From Candidatus Thorarchaeota archaeon (lineage in GTDB: Archaea; Asgardarchaeota; Thorarchaeia; Thorarchaeales; Thorarchaeaceae), in assembly GCA_003345595.1 (NCBI GenBank), contig PRDI01000040.1:1-39292 (forward strand): DNA of 39,292 nt. The letters are read 5' to 3'. The position numbers and the translations under genes are program-made. Below the pieces are notes generated by a model, which was not told the origin of the DNA, ran no database searches, and saw only the letters and a list, made by a program, of their open reading frames with translations. This document shows positions 18,775-27,664 of the stretch, piece by piece. Numbering within the stretch: position 1 is the first letter of the stretch; every line of letters starts with the position of its first letter.

Positions 18775-18804
18775 CCCAGTGGTAAGGAAGGCAAGAGTCA
18801 TCTG

Positions 18805-19983
18805 GTGAAGCGTTTGGCCAAACATCCCGCCAATTCAGAGAAGAAGAACACGAAGACCTGGCGCATATGGTCAATGTTCATTAAAGAACTTAGGCTCATA
18901 GAGATAGATAAGTTCGCCCTTCTCATGGTCTTCTTCTTGCCCGGCATGATTATGGGCACTCTGTGGGTTGCCAGAGCGCAAGCCACATTCTTTCCTCCCG
19001 TTGAATCTGAAACGGGCAAGCGATCAGATGCACTCGTGGTTGGCGTGGTAGATCTCGACCCGACCGACACCTACCCAGGACAAGACTTGTCTGAGAATTT
19101 CAGTTGGTACCTCAGTAGGAGTCCTGACCTCATAGTTCTCATGTATGAAACCGAAGACGCTGCCCTGAGAGCACTCTACATGGATGTGATCAAAGCCTAT
19201 GCCACGATACCATATGGCTTTGAAGGAAACATCACGGGCGACATCCCGGCATTCGTGCCTATCCACATCAGCAGCACCGATTTCATGAGTCAGGCCGCAG
19301 TGTTCTCAGCCTTCAGCGAGGCTGTCGCTGATTTTCGCGCGGACCACGGATGGGTGAAGGGCGAGATTGCCGCGAAGAACATCAGAGAGTTCGAGCCAGT
19401 GGGAGACTATACCGCCGCAACCTTTGGTGTATTCCTGATCGTGTTCTCGTCCTTCATAGCTGTTTCTGCAACCGCGGCTCAGGCAGTAGTCGGCGATGTT
19501 CCCCTGAATCGAATGCTCCTTACACCAGCATCCAAGATGGAAGCAGTGCTGGCAAAGGTGCTGGCATACTTTGTGCTTGGAATGATACAGGCTCAGTTCC
19601 TGCTGTTTCTGTGGATGGGGCTGTTTGGCATCAGACCCAATGCTGACCTCCTGACTCTCAACGGCGTTCTTGCTTTGATGTCGATCTCGGGCTCTGCATT
19701 GGGCGTGTTCATCTCAACTCTCTGCAAGACGAGACTGCAGGCGAATCAATCATTCCTTCTGATACTCTTCAGCTCCTTCATTGTCGGGACCGGTTTCATG
19801 GATGTGGGCCTTGTAGATGATGTGTACCCACTGAATCTTGGTAGAGTCATGATCATCGACACAGCCTTCAAAGGAGTGCCTCTAGCCACCTTCTCGAACG
19901 AGATAATGACAATTGCTGGATTCACAGTGACGATGATATTACTCGCGTGGGTTGTCCTCGCAAGGCGAACAACACTGGCGTGA
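18805..19983 (+). CDS. ABC-2 type transporter permease
   Basis: N-terminal KELR plus a TM helix, extracellular VGVVDLD..IPYGF domain, LNRMLLTP, AKVLAY, and five further TM helices. Confidence 0.85.
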   Translation: MKRLAKHPANSEKKNTKTWRIWSMFIKELRLIEIDKFALLMVFFLPGMIMGTLWVARAQATFFPPVESETGKRSDALVVGVVDLDPTDTYPGQDLSENFSWYLSRSPDLIVLMYETEDAALRALYMDVIKAYATIPYGFEGNITGDIPAFVPIHISSTDFMSQAAVFSAFSEAVADFRADHGWVKGEIAAKNIREFEPVGDYTAATFGVFLIVFSSFIAVSATAAQAVVGDVPLNRMLLTPASKMEAVLAKVLAYFVLGMIQAQFLLFLWMGLFGIRPNADLLTLNGVLALMSISGSALGVFISTLCKTRLQANQSFLLILFSSFIVGTGFMDVGLVDDVYPLNLGRVMIIDTAFKGVPLATFSNEIMTIAGFTVTMILLAWVVLARRTTLA

Positions 19984-20081
19984 TGGGTCTAGTCACGGAC
20001 AAGGTCGTGCGCCAGGTCAGCTATGCACGTACCAATTAGCCCTGTCCTTGGCAAGCGAGATTCATATGAGAACCGGTTTGA

Positions 20082-20939
20082 CTAGAAGCCAAGACTAGCA
20101 AGAAGTACAACCATCGAGTTGTTGAAACCGTGAGCGAATGCGGGTCCAATGATTGAGTAGCGCCGCCTCTGTGCAAGGCGCCCTAGAAAGAGACCAAGAA
20201 CGAACCTCGCAGGAAACCCGATAATGTCAAGATGGACCGCAGAGAATATCACAGCTGTTATGATCAGTGCGATTCTCTTATTATCGCTGCGCCTCAACTG
20301 GAAGTATATCTCCACTCGACGCTGTAGGAATCCTCTAAACGCGACTTCTTCGCCCAGTCCAACAACGCAAAACATGACTGCTACCCAAGCTACAAACTCT
20401 GGCAGTCCTGAAACAGCAAACAACTGGTCGCCGCCATCGGTCGGCGTGGGGATCAGATATCCAATAAAGAACGTGATCGCAAGGTTGGCGACCAACATCG
20501 CCATACCATAGAGGAGACCATAGAGAGCCTCCGTAATGGGCTTTCCGACCTTTAGTCCTATAGATGCAAGAGGAAGGTTGTGCCTCCTCGCGTACACTAT
20601 GGGTGGCACTAAGAAGCCAACCTCTGACAGGGTTAGAATGAGGAACGACCAAGGTGCGAACAAAATCTGCAAGGATACAAAATCTATTCCCACGAGTCCC
20701 AAAACGATCAGGGGGATCAGGATTACCACAAGGAGGCCCATTGTCAAAGCCCATGCGGCACCCGTATAGACGAGTACCTGGAAAAGTCTGTCCCAGTCGA
20801 CCTCCCGCTCGATATCAGAGCCCGGTTCGAATATCTCTATCCCAACATGCTCCTCCAAGACAATGCTGTCAGGATCCTCGATTACCAAGCGCGGGGCCTC
20901 CAGAACAACAGCAGGGAGGGCGATGATAAGGCTTTGCAT
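20082..20939 (-). CDS. CPBP family (CAAX/Rce1/Abi) intramembrane glutamic endopeptidase
   Basis: EEVAFRG, FSAVH and AHGFNN motifs, with about 8 TM helices. Confidence 0.92.
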   Translation of the reverse strand: MQSLIIALPAVVLEAPRLVIEDPDSIVLEEHVGIEIFEPGSDIEREVDWDRLFQVLVYTGAAWALTMGLLVVILIPLIVLGLVGIDFVSLQILFAPWSFLILTLSEVGFLVPPIVYARRHNLPLASIGLKVGKPITEALYGLLYGMAMLVANLAITFFIGYLIPTPTDGGDQLFAVSGLPEFVAWVAVMFCVVGLGEEVAFRGFLQRRVEIYFQLRRSDNKRIALIITAVIFSAVHLDIIGFPARFVLGLFLGRLAQRRRYSIIGPAFAHGFNNSMVVLLASLGF

Positions 20940-21036
20940 GCATTGCGTGGCCCTTGCTGCGTTCGAATAGACTTTATGACCTGCACGCTAAACTGAAAGG
21001 CACCGTTCAAAAGCAAGATGATTGGGATGACTGGGT

Positions 21037-23052
21037 ATGGGTCTGAATGATGAACAGGACATGCCAACCGCTCCCAGAAGAGGGACAGCCCTACTGGTCA
21101 TCAGTATGATCATCATCACGGCAGGGGCATTCGTCATCTTAGGTCCCGGAGGCCTGGAGGAGAGAAGCCCCCCGGTACGAGTAGCTCTCATTGACTCTGG
21201 CGTGACACCCGACAGCGCACTGTATAGCAAGATTGTTGCTGGTAGGAGCTTCATAACAGAGGCGAATGGATATCACTTAGGGGACAATAGCACGGTTGAC
21301 AGCGAGCCCGGGGGTAGTCCACATGGCACGTTCGTTGCCAGAATCCTTGTCAAGGAGGCATCAAATGTCCTGATAGTGAACGCAAAGGTCGTGGACTCAG
21401 GCAACATAGCAACCGAACAAGCTATCGTTGGAGCAATGCGTTGGGCCATCAACGAGGAAGCCTGTGACATCATCAACCTGAGCCTCGGTGGGTTCCCATC
21501 GGAGCAAGATGGTCTACGAGAAGCTGTAAGGTGGGCCTTCGAACAGGGTGTTTCAGTAGTGGCCGCTGCAGGCAACAATGGTCGAGGCGGCGTGATGGGC
21601 ACCTCCATTGAGTCGCCGGCCGTTTATCCGCAAGTCATTGCTGTGGCTGCAGTCGATGAACAAGGAAGTCCATACTACTTCTCGGGAAGGGGCCCTCTCA
21701 GAAATGGCACAACAAAACCGGACATCTCTGCGTTGGGGATGTATACTGACCAGCAGAGCTCTGCCACAGTATACGGGACGAGCTTTGCAGCCCCAAGAGT
21801 GGCCGCCGCTGCGGCAGACTTGATTGCATACTGCATAGAGAAGGGCTGGGATTGGACGCCTGGCATGGTAAAGGCAACTCTCATGGCAAGTGCAGACCGC
21901 CTTTCATCAGAGCCATGGGAAACTGGTGCGGGCGGTCTTGACCTTGATTCTGCACTCAGATTCTTGGACGAGGTACCGAGGATAGAGAACCTCCCTTTGG
22001 CCGCCTATGCATTCCCTAAGACAGGACCGGGCAGCTTTGAGAGGTGGTTTGTTAACACAACTGTTACAGTAGAGATGTCGGTATTCGCGAGCAGTGGTAC
22101 GACGTTTGATCTCTTCTATGAAGGCTCTGCATCACCTTGGGTAAGAGGGCCGCTTACTATCTACGTCAACCAGACAGGTTCATTCTCAATGCGAGTCCAT
22201 GTCATATCTGGGTCTGACATACTGGGTCTTCAAGCGCTCGTGACACTCATAGGTCCCGGCTATCTTTCGGTGAAGGCCCAGATGAGATTCGATGTTTCGG
22301 TAGCCTTCGCTCATGTTGCTTTTGATGTGACCCACACTCCGTGGTGGACTGACTCCATCTACGGTCAGTTCAGGGCATTCTACGAGTTGCTCACAGACAC
22401 CGGCATCGCCGTCGAGGAGATACGAGATCCAAGCGCCCTCCAGTTAGAGGGCATGCTCCGATATGACGCCATAGTCGTACTTGACCCCTGCGCGTGGAGT
22501 TACTCCCCTGATGGAAACAGGGGCTTCGTGTCGCCTTTTGCTTCCTACTCACCGTCGGAGATCGAATCATATCTCACCTACTGGCGCGCTGGCAGAGGAC
22601 TTCTTGTTGCTGCTCTCGACAACTCTAGCATAGACGTGGAGAGCACAAACCAGCTTCTCTCCTGCTTCAACATGACTCTGAACTATGATCACATACCTGC
22701 AGTCACGATCGTCGTAGACGGCATTCCATCAACAGTTTTGGTGACAGGTTTCACTAACAACACACTCGTTCAGGGGATTAGGTCGTTCGACTTCAACGGA
22801 TGCTCGCTCAATCTCTCTGACGGAGCATTCAGACTTGCCTGGACAGAAGTTGTCTGGAGAGACCTTCAAGGTAATCTCCATATAGAGAGCAGAACAGTGG
22901 CCGCAGGTCTAGAGGGCAAAGGCGGTTCTAGAATGGTGACTGTGGGCAGCAACTTCTTTATTGATGATTTGGGCATCCAAGGATTTTACCAGTCCACACA
23001 GAACACAAAGCTCGCCCTCCAGACCGTTCTTTGGCTGATACAGGCGCTGTAG
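21037..23052 (+). CDS. Membrane-anchored subtilisin (S8) peptidase with MBTPS1/site-1-protease-like C-terminal domains
   Basis: N-terminal TM helix; triad motifs VALIDSG, PHGTFVA and GTSFAAP; oxyanion AAAGN; a beta-rich middle domain; and a C-terminal GIFT/DUF4350-like domain (VAFDVTH...RMVTVGS). Confidence 0.9.
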   Translation: MGLNDEQDMPTAPRRGTALLVISMIIITAGAFVILGPGGLEERSPPVRVALIDSGVTPDSALYSKIVAGRSFITEANGYHLGDNSTVDSEPGGSPHGTFVARILVKEASNVLIVNAKVVDSGNIATEQAIVGAMRWAINEEACDIINLSLGGFPSEQDGLREAVRWAFEQGVSVVAAAGNNGRGGVMGTSIESPAVYPQVIAVAAVDEQGSPYYFSGRGPLRNGTTKPDISALGMYTDQQSSATVYGTSFAAPRVAAAAADLIAYCIEKGWDWTPGMVKATLMASADRLSSEPWETGAGGLDLDSALRFLDEVPRIENLPLAAYAFPKTGPGSFERWFVNTTVTVEMSVFASSGTTFDLFYEGSASPWVRGPLTIYVNQTGSFSMRVHVISGSDILGLQALVTLIGPGYLSVKAQMRFDVSVAFAHVAFDVTHTPWWTDSIYGQFRAFYELLTDTGIAVEEIRDPSALQLEGMLRYDAIVVLDPCAWSYSPDGNRGFVSPFASYSPSEIESYLTYWRAGRGLLVAALDNSSIDVESTNQLLSCFNMTLNYDHIPAVTIVVDGIPSTVLVTGFTNNTLVQGIRSFDFNGCSLNLSDGAFRLAWTEVVWRDLQGNLHIESRTVAAGLEGKGGSRMVTVGSNFFIDDLGIQGFYQSTQNTKLALQTVLWLIQAL

Positions 23053-23054
23053 CA

Positions 23055-23438
23055 TCAGAGGAGCGGCGCAATCCTATCACAGGCAGTCTTTGCAGCGTAG
23101 ACGAGAAGGCCCGTCTTGAGAGCCTTACCTGCAGCCAAGACAAGAATCGCCTTCTCTCCTGCACTCTTCATCAGCATCATGCCGCGCTCATTTGTAAGAA
23201 GGACTTCCTCTAGCGAGCCTTGCTCCATCCTCTCAGCAGCAAGATCTGCGACCCCTAGAATAGAGGCGGCCATGGCTGCTATCTCGGCTTCCTCAAGTCC
23301 CTGCGGCACCGCAGAGGCAATTGGAAGACCCTCCTTTGAGAGAAGCATCCAAGCACGAACACCTGCCGCAAGAGCTGTGGCCTCCTCCATGATCTGCCTC
23401 AGCTTCCCCTGAAGCTCCTCAAAGTTGGGGTCTAGCAT
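23055..23438 (-). CDS. Roadblock/LC7 (MglB/LAMTOR-like) domain protein, 127 aa
   Basis: MLDPNFEELQGKL...MLLSKEGLPIASAVP...EIAAMAASIL...LEEVLLTNERG...GLL. The longer 230-aa ORF start overlaps the DUF99 gene and is unlikely. Confidence 0.9.
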   Translation of the reverse strand: MLDPNFEELQGKLRQIMEEATALAAGVRAWMLLSKEGLPIASAVPQGLEEAEIAAMAASILGVADLAAERMEQGSLEEVLLTNERGMMLMKSAGEKAILVLAAGKALKTGLLVYAAKTACDRIAPLL

Positions 23439-23634
23439 GGCCACCAGTCTCTGGGCGGGTTCATTGAGTTCGGTTGGGAGATGCGCGTTAATAAAGTTTG
23501 CATGATGCAACTGGCTATCCATCGCTCGTCCTTCAAAACCCATGCACATAGTAATAAGCTCACGCCACAGAATAGACACATCATCTGGGACACCCTTCAG
23601 AGCTATACGCAGCCCGGTCCATGGTGAGTCTCGA

Positions 23635-24252
23635 ATGGTTCTGCGCATCCAAGACATCGAGTCGGGAGACCTCCATACCGGTACGGCCGGATGGAAGACA
23701 GGCGTCAGAGTCCTTGGGGTCGCAGAGAGCTTCCAGCGGTCTGACAAGAGAAGTCTTGTCGCAGGTGTCGTGATGCGCGGAGATCTCAGAGTGGATGGTT
23801 ACGGGTTCTGCAGGCCGGACATCGGTGGCAGGAATGCAACCCAAGAGCTCCTGGCCATGTACGACAGAATCAACCGAAAGGACATACGGGCCTGGATGTT
23901 GGGTGGTAGCGTGATATCATGGTTTAACGTTGTTGACCTTCGAAGGCTTCACGAGAGCACAAGTATTCCCGTCACCTGTGTGTCATATCATTTGTCAGAC
24001 GGAATCGAGAAGTACCTGCAGGAGTACTTCCCCACAGACTGGCAGGACCGGAACGCAGTACTTGAACAAGCTGGCCCCCGGGCAAGAGTCGAACTCAGCA
24101 GCGGTTATCCCGTCTTTCTATCTGTAGAAGGAATGAGTCTTGAGAGGGGATTCAAACTCGTCGACATGTTTACCGTCGATGGTGGGGTTCCTGAGCCCAT
24201 ACGATTAGCTCGCCTACTCGCCTCTTCAATGAGAAACTCTGGCTGTATCTAG
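23635..24252 (+). CDS. DUF99 family (endonuclease V-like / endonuclease dU) protein
   Basis: RVLGVAESF, LVAGVVMRGD, GGRNAT, MLGGSVISWFNVVD and PEPIRLA. GGTGA RBS precedes ATG 23635. Confidence 0.85.
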   Translation: MVLRIQDIESGDLHTGTAGWKTGVRVLGVAESFQRSDKRSLVAGVVMRGDLRVDGYGFCRPDIGGRNATQELLAMYDRINRKDIRAWMLGGSVISWFNVVDLRRLHESTSIPVTCVSYHLSDGIEKYLQEYFPTDWQDRNAVLEQAGPRARVELSSGYPVFLSVEGMSLERGFKLVDMFTVDGGVPEPIRLARLLASSMRNSGCI

Positions 24253-24869
24253 GAAGAATGGGGTGCTTTCCCTTTGTTGCTTCGATGCAGACCCAGCAAC
24301 TTGGAGTAGAGTTCCTCGAAGACATCCAAGGAGGAACCTGCTTCTTCATGTTGTGAGTTGTGAAAGAATTCATTCAGCAACGCTGGCTGGCAGCCTGCTT
24401 GTTCCAAGCTCACGGCATGTGTCAACATGTCAACCTTGTCGGCAGCGTTGACTATCCGCGCTTCAAGCGTCTTGCATGCAACAAATTCCTCCCACAAGTC
24501 TGCAAGAAACGTGCCGACCTCACCGAGAGGGCGCAGCATATGCCTTGCTGCTGCCGCCTCAGTTTTCTCCTTCGACGATCTCATGGAATCACCACCAAAC
24601 TGTACAGCCGTTAGCGGAATGTCTGACACAATGGCCTCAGGTAAATCATGAAGGATTGCCATCGTCAGCACTTTCCGGAGGTCAACATCATTTCCGTCAG
24701 ACCTGATCTTCTCAGCAATCAGAAGGGAGATCAGACACGCCCCCCAGGCATGGGCTGCTACGGTTTCCTCGTTAGATGAACCTAGCCCCGCAATTGTCCA
24801 CCCTGTCCGCCTAAGATGCTTCAGAGTTTCAGCCCTAAGCGAGAGAGCAATGATGTCATCTGTGTTCAT
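24249..24869 (-). CDS. HD-domain hydrolase (HDDC2/YfbR-like 5'-deoxynucleotidase)
   Basis: LKHLRRTGW, ETVAAH, AILHDLPEAIVSDIP and EARIVNAADKVD. Confidence 0.9.
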   Translation of the reverse strand: MNTDDIIALSLRAETLKHLRRTGWTIAGLGSSNEETVAAHAWGACLISLLIAEKIRSDGNDVDLRKVLTMAILHDLPEAIVSDIPLTAVQFGGDSMRSSKEKTEAAAARHMLRPLGEVGTFLADLWEEFVACKTLEARIVNAADKVDMLTHAVSLEQAGCQPALLNEFFHNSQHEEAGSSLDVFEELYSKLLGLHRSNKGKAPHSS

Positions 24870-24933
24870 ATCAATCCCATCTTCAATGCCAGCATGGGTT
24901 GAACAAAGCTGCTGCGCGGGTTTCGTTCTCCAC

Positions 24934-26019
24934 CTATGGAGTCACTACGATCGTGCCCTCTACTATGGAATCCTTGTAGTCAGAGATTATCGTCAGTATG
25001 GCATGGGATATGTATGTCGTACTGTACTGAAATGCCGTTACGTTCGCTCCACCATTTGCGAGATTGTACTGTAAGTTCTGATTCCCGGGAAAGAGATCCC
25101 ACAATGTCAAGTTGGCTATCTGATATATCGCCATATCGGCTCTAGGGACAGCGCTCGTCGATATCCAAGATGGATCGGTCGGATGACTTATGTCAGCGCA
25201 ACCGTAATAGTCCTGATCGGCCTCAGCGCCAATGACAAGTGGCATTCTATGGACGATGTACAGACTACTGTTCGCTTGGAGCATCCCTAGCCGGACACCC
25301 TTGATTGACGCTCTAACTGGTGCAAATATCACGGAAGCCTGGTTCAAAATGAACATGTTGTAAGTTCTTAACTGAGCCGCATCCGTGTCGTTGTAGCTGC
25401 CGATGTACTGTGTCGGAAGAACAGACACGTTCAACAAATAGGTACTGTTCGCGTGCTGTACACCCTGCACAAAGCCGCTGACCAGACTTGTCACCATCGG
25501 GTCGTCTTCGACTGAAGCTATAACACCCACTTTCGAAGTGTAGTTTTCTTGTGCTGAGAGGAAGGCAGCTAGGACTCCAGCCAAGAAGGATGCCTGCTCG
25601 ACTGCAAAACTGGCTGATGCAACGTTTGCCAAGTCCACATATCCTCCAACCATCGCAAACTTCTGTCCAGGATAGGCCTCGGCCGCATTCTGAAGGGCCG
25701 GTACGAGCTTGGATCCTATGGCAACGATGAGGTCATATTTACCTTGAGCCGCTAGATTGCGTAGGAGTGCTTCAGCTTCTGAAACGGTCTGAGGATATGG
25801 AGTGGGCACAAAGTACTCCACGGAAACATCGTGTGTGAGATTCTGCATGCCTATGTTGGTTTGATCTGCCAAGCTCAGGTCCCCAAAACCCGGGTCCATC
25901 ACCACAACCGCAATAGTCGGAGGCTCGTATGGGTTGGTGATGAATAGCAGAGCACCAACAGAACCGAAGATGATTACGACGATTACTACCGACGACAACA
26001 GAGATGACCTAGAGCTCAC
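24934..26019 (-). CDS. BMP family (basic membrane protein) substrate-binding protein
   Basis: N-terminal TM anchor, GFGDLS, YDLIVAIG, AEAYPGQKF, EQASFLAGVLAA, GFVQGV and IGAEADQ. Confidence 0.88.
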   Translation of the reverse strand: MSSRSSLLSSVVIVVIIFGSVGALLFITNPYEPPTIAVVVMDPGFGDLSLADQTNIGMQNLTHDVSVEYFVPTPYPQTVSEAEALLRNLAAQGKYDLIVAIGSKLVPALQNAAEAYPGQKFAMVGGYVDLANVASASFAVEQASFLAGVLAAFLSAQENYTSKVGVIASVEDDPMVTSLVSGFVQGVQHANSTYLLNVSVLPTQYIGSYNDTDAAQLRTYNMFILNQASVIFAPVRASIKGVRLGMLQANSSLYIVHRMPLVIGAEADQDYYGCADISHPTDPSWISTSAVPRADMAIYQIANLTLWDLFPGNQNLQYNLANGGANVTAFQYSTTYISHAILTIISDYKDSIVEGTIVVTP

Positions 26020-26045
26020 CGTGCTTCCTCCAGCGTCGAACGGCA

Positions 26046-26073
26046 GCGAAGCGCTTCGCGGCTGATATAAATC
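26046..26073 (-). promoter_or_regulatory. TATA box and adjacent perfect 14-bp palindrome upstream of the BMP gene
   Basis: Minus-strand GATTTATATC (26064-26073) is followed 4 nt later by the palindrome GCGAAGCGCTTCGC (26046-26059). Confidence 0.45.
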
Positions 26074-26243
26074 TGTTGTTCAAAGTGACGCCACTTGGAC
26101 TAATCAGATGATTGCCGGCCGACAGCCAGGCATACTCTTTTTGGACAGCAAGCCCGAGTCCGCCACTGAGGAGCAGCTCCTAACCACAGCTTAAATAGTG
26201 GTATTGTGACATGGGCTGGACTACAAACCGAAAGTGTATGACA

Positions 26244-26966
26244 ATGCCCGGAGAGATACTAGGCAAGGTCGCAGATCTTCTAGAGGATGCCCTAAAGGTT
26301 CACAAGTCAGTGAAGAACGTCATTCTGAGCACGAAGGAAGGCGTCGTCGTTGCGGCAGTGTCGCGCCAAGAGAGCATAGATCCGCGCGTCCTCTCAACAG
26401 TGTCGGCGGCACTCGTGTGGGCCGGCACGAATGTACTTGGTCGGGTCAGTGACGCGAAGCCCACACATCTCCTACATTCAACTTCTCTCGAGCACGTCCT
26501 GACAGTCATGCAGCCGCACTATCAGCTTGTAGTTGTGATGTCAAGAGCAGATGATGCGGGGCTTGACATGCGCGCCGCAGTATCGACATTCCAGTCGATT
26601 GCCACGCGAATCGAGCTGTTGATGGGTTCGAGCAAAGCATTCACAAGAGAAACTCTGCTCGGAAACATCGTCAAGTCCTTCCCCGAAATCACCCAGGCCA
26701 TGCTCCTGACTATAGAGGGACTGCCTCTAGGCTCAGTAGGGTTTGAGGATCACATAGAGGTGGCCGCACTTGCCAGCTCCATCTTTGCAAACGGACTCAC
26801 ATTCTCAAACCGCACTGAGGCGATAACAATCAACTCTGATCGTGTCACGCTACTTGTGACTCGTATTGATGAAACGCGCCTCCTCGCCGCAATATGCCCG
26901 GGTCAACGATCAGACGAATTGTGCAAGAGGGTGCAAGCGGTCGTCCAAGAACACGCAAAGGTCTAG
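26244..26966 (+). CDS. Tandem (double) Roadblock/LC7 domain protein
   Basis: Two repeats of the roadblock pattern: VKNVILSTKEGVVVA...LSTVSAAL and ITQAMLLTIEGLPLG...VAALASSI. Start could be 26211, 26238 or 26244; CTTAAATA lies at about 26190. Confidence 0.8.
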   Translation: MPGEILGKVADLLEDALKVHKSVKNVILSTKEGVVVAAVSRQESIDPRVLSTVSAALVWAGTNVLGRVSDAKPTHLLHSTSLEHVLTVMQPHYQLVVVMSRADDAGLDMRAAVSTFQSIATRIELLMGSSKAFTRETLLGNIVKSFPEITQAMLLTIEGLPLGSVGFEDHIEVAALASSIFANGLTFSNRTEAITINSDRVTLLVTRIDETRLLAAICPGQRSDELCKRVQAVVQEHAKV

Positions 26967-27664
26967 TGAATCTTTGCTGGCTCAGCAAGCTCTGCAGGTG
27001 CTGACTCCTCATCGCCGAGCATATCGAACTGCCACTCCCTCAGATTGATCTTGATGTAGCAGTCTTTTCCGCGCTCAGGACAGTCGATTCTAATCGTTAC
27101 ATGGTCCGGAGTCTTCTCTTTGATCTCGGGGTTCAAGCAGCCATTCTCCAGCTTCTCCATCAGCCATGCCACATACGCCTCAGTTATCGAGTTCAAGCTG
27201 CCATCCATTAGAGCTTGACCGAGATGAGCAAGGAAGTGCCTCTTCTTTCGCCCCTCCCTCTCGACCCTTACGAGGCCAACTTCTTCCATCCGTGAGATGT
27301 GCCATCGTACTGTGTCATGATGAACACCAAGGGTTTCAGCCATCTGCTCCTGGTAGCAACCCGGATTATTCACTATGTATGCGAACACTCTACGCGCAGT
27401 TTCGCTGCGCATCGTAAGATACGCCATCTCGGCCTCCTGAGAGCGAAGCATCTTGGGGTAGTAGAGTCTCTTGCCTGCGAACTTTATCGATTTTACAAGT
27501 CCTTCGCGTTCAAGTATCCTCAGATGCCAAGTGAGAGTACCGAGAGGTGACTCTAGCATCTCTACAAGTTCAAGCAAGTACGTTCCGGGGTTCTCACAGA
27601 GTACTTGGTAGAGGTCACGCCTGAATGGATGAAGTAGCAAGGTTAGGCGTTTCTGCTTTCCCAT
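26963..27664 (-). CDS. Double winged-helix (ArsR-like, COG3398-type) transcriptional regulator
   Basis: Two repeats: ENPG...LTWHLRILEREGLV and NNPG...VRWHISRMEEVGLV. GAGGAG RBS upstream. Confidence 0.88.
   Translation of the reverse strand: MGKQKRLTLLLHPFRRDLYQVLCENPGTYLLELVEMLESPLGTLTWHLRILEREGLVKSIKFAGKRLYYPKMLRSQEAEMAYLTMRSETARRVFAYIVNNPGCYQEQMAETLGVHHDTVRWHISRMEEVGLVRVEREGRKKRHFLAHLGQALMDGSLNSITEAYVAWLMEKLENGCLNPEIKEKTPDHVTIRIDCPERGKDCYIKINLREWQFDMLGDEESAPAELAEPAKIH

Noticed and set aside
23439-23747. N-terminal 103-aa extension of the Roadblock ORF (23055..23747)
   Set aside because: It overlaps the DUF99 gene on the opposite strand and spans the shared promoter region. The Roadblock fold begins at ATG 23438.
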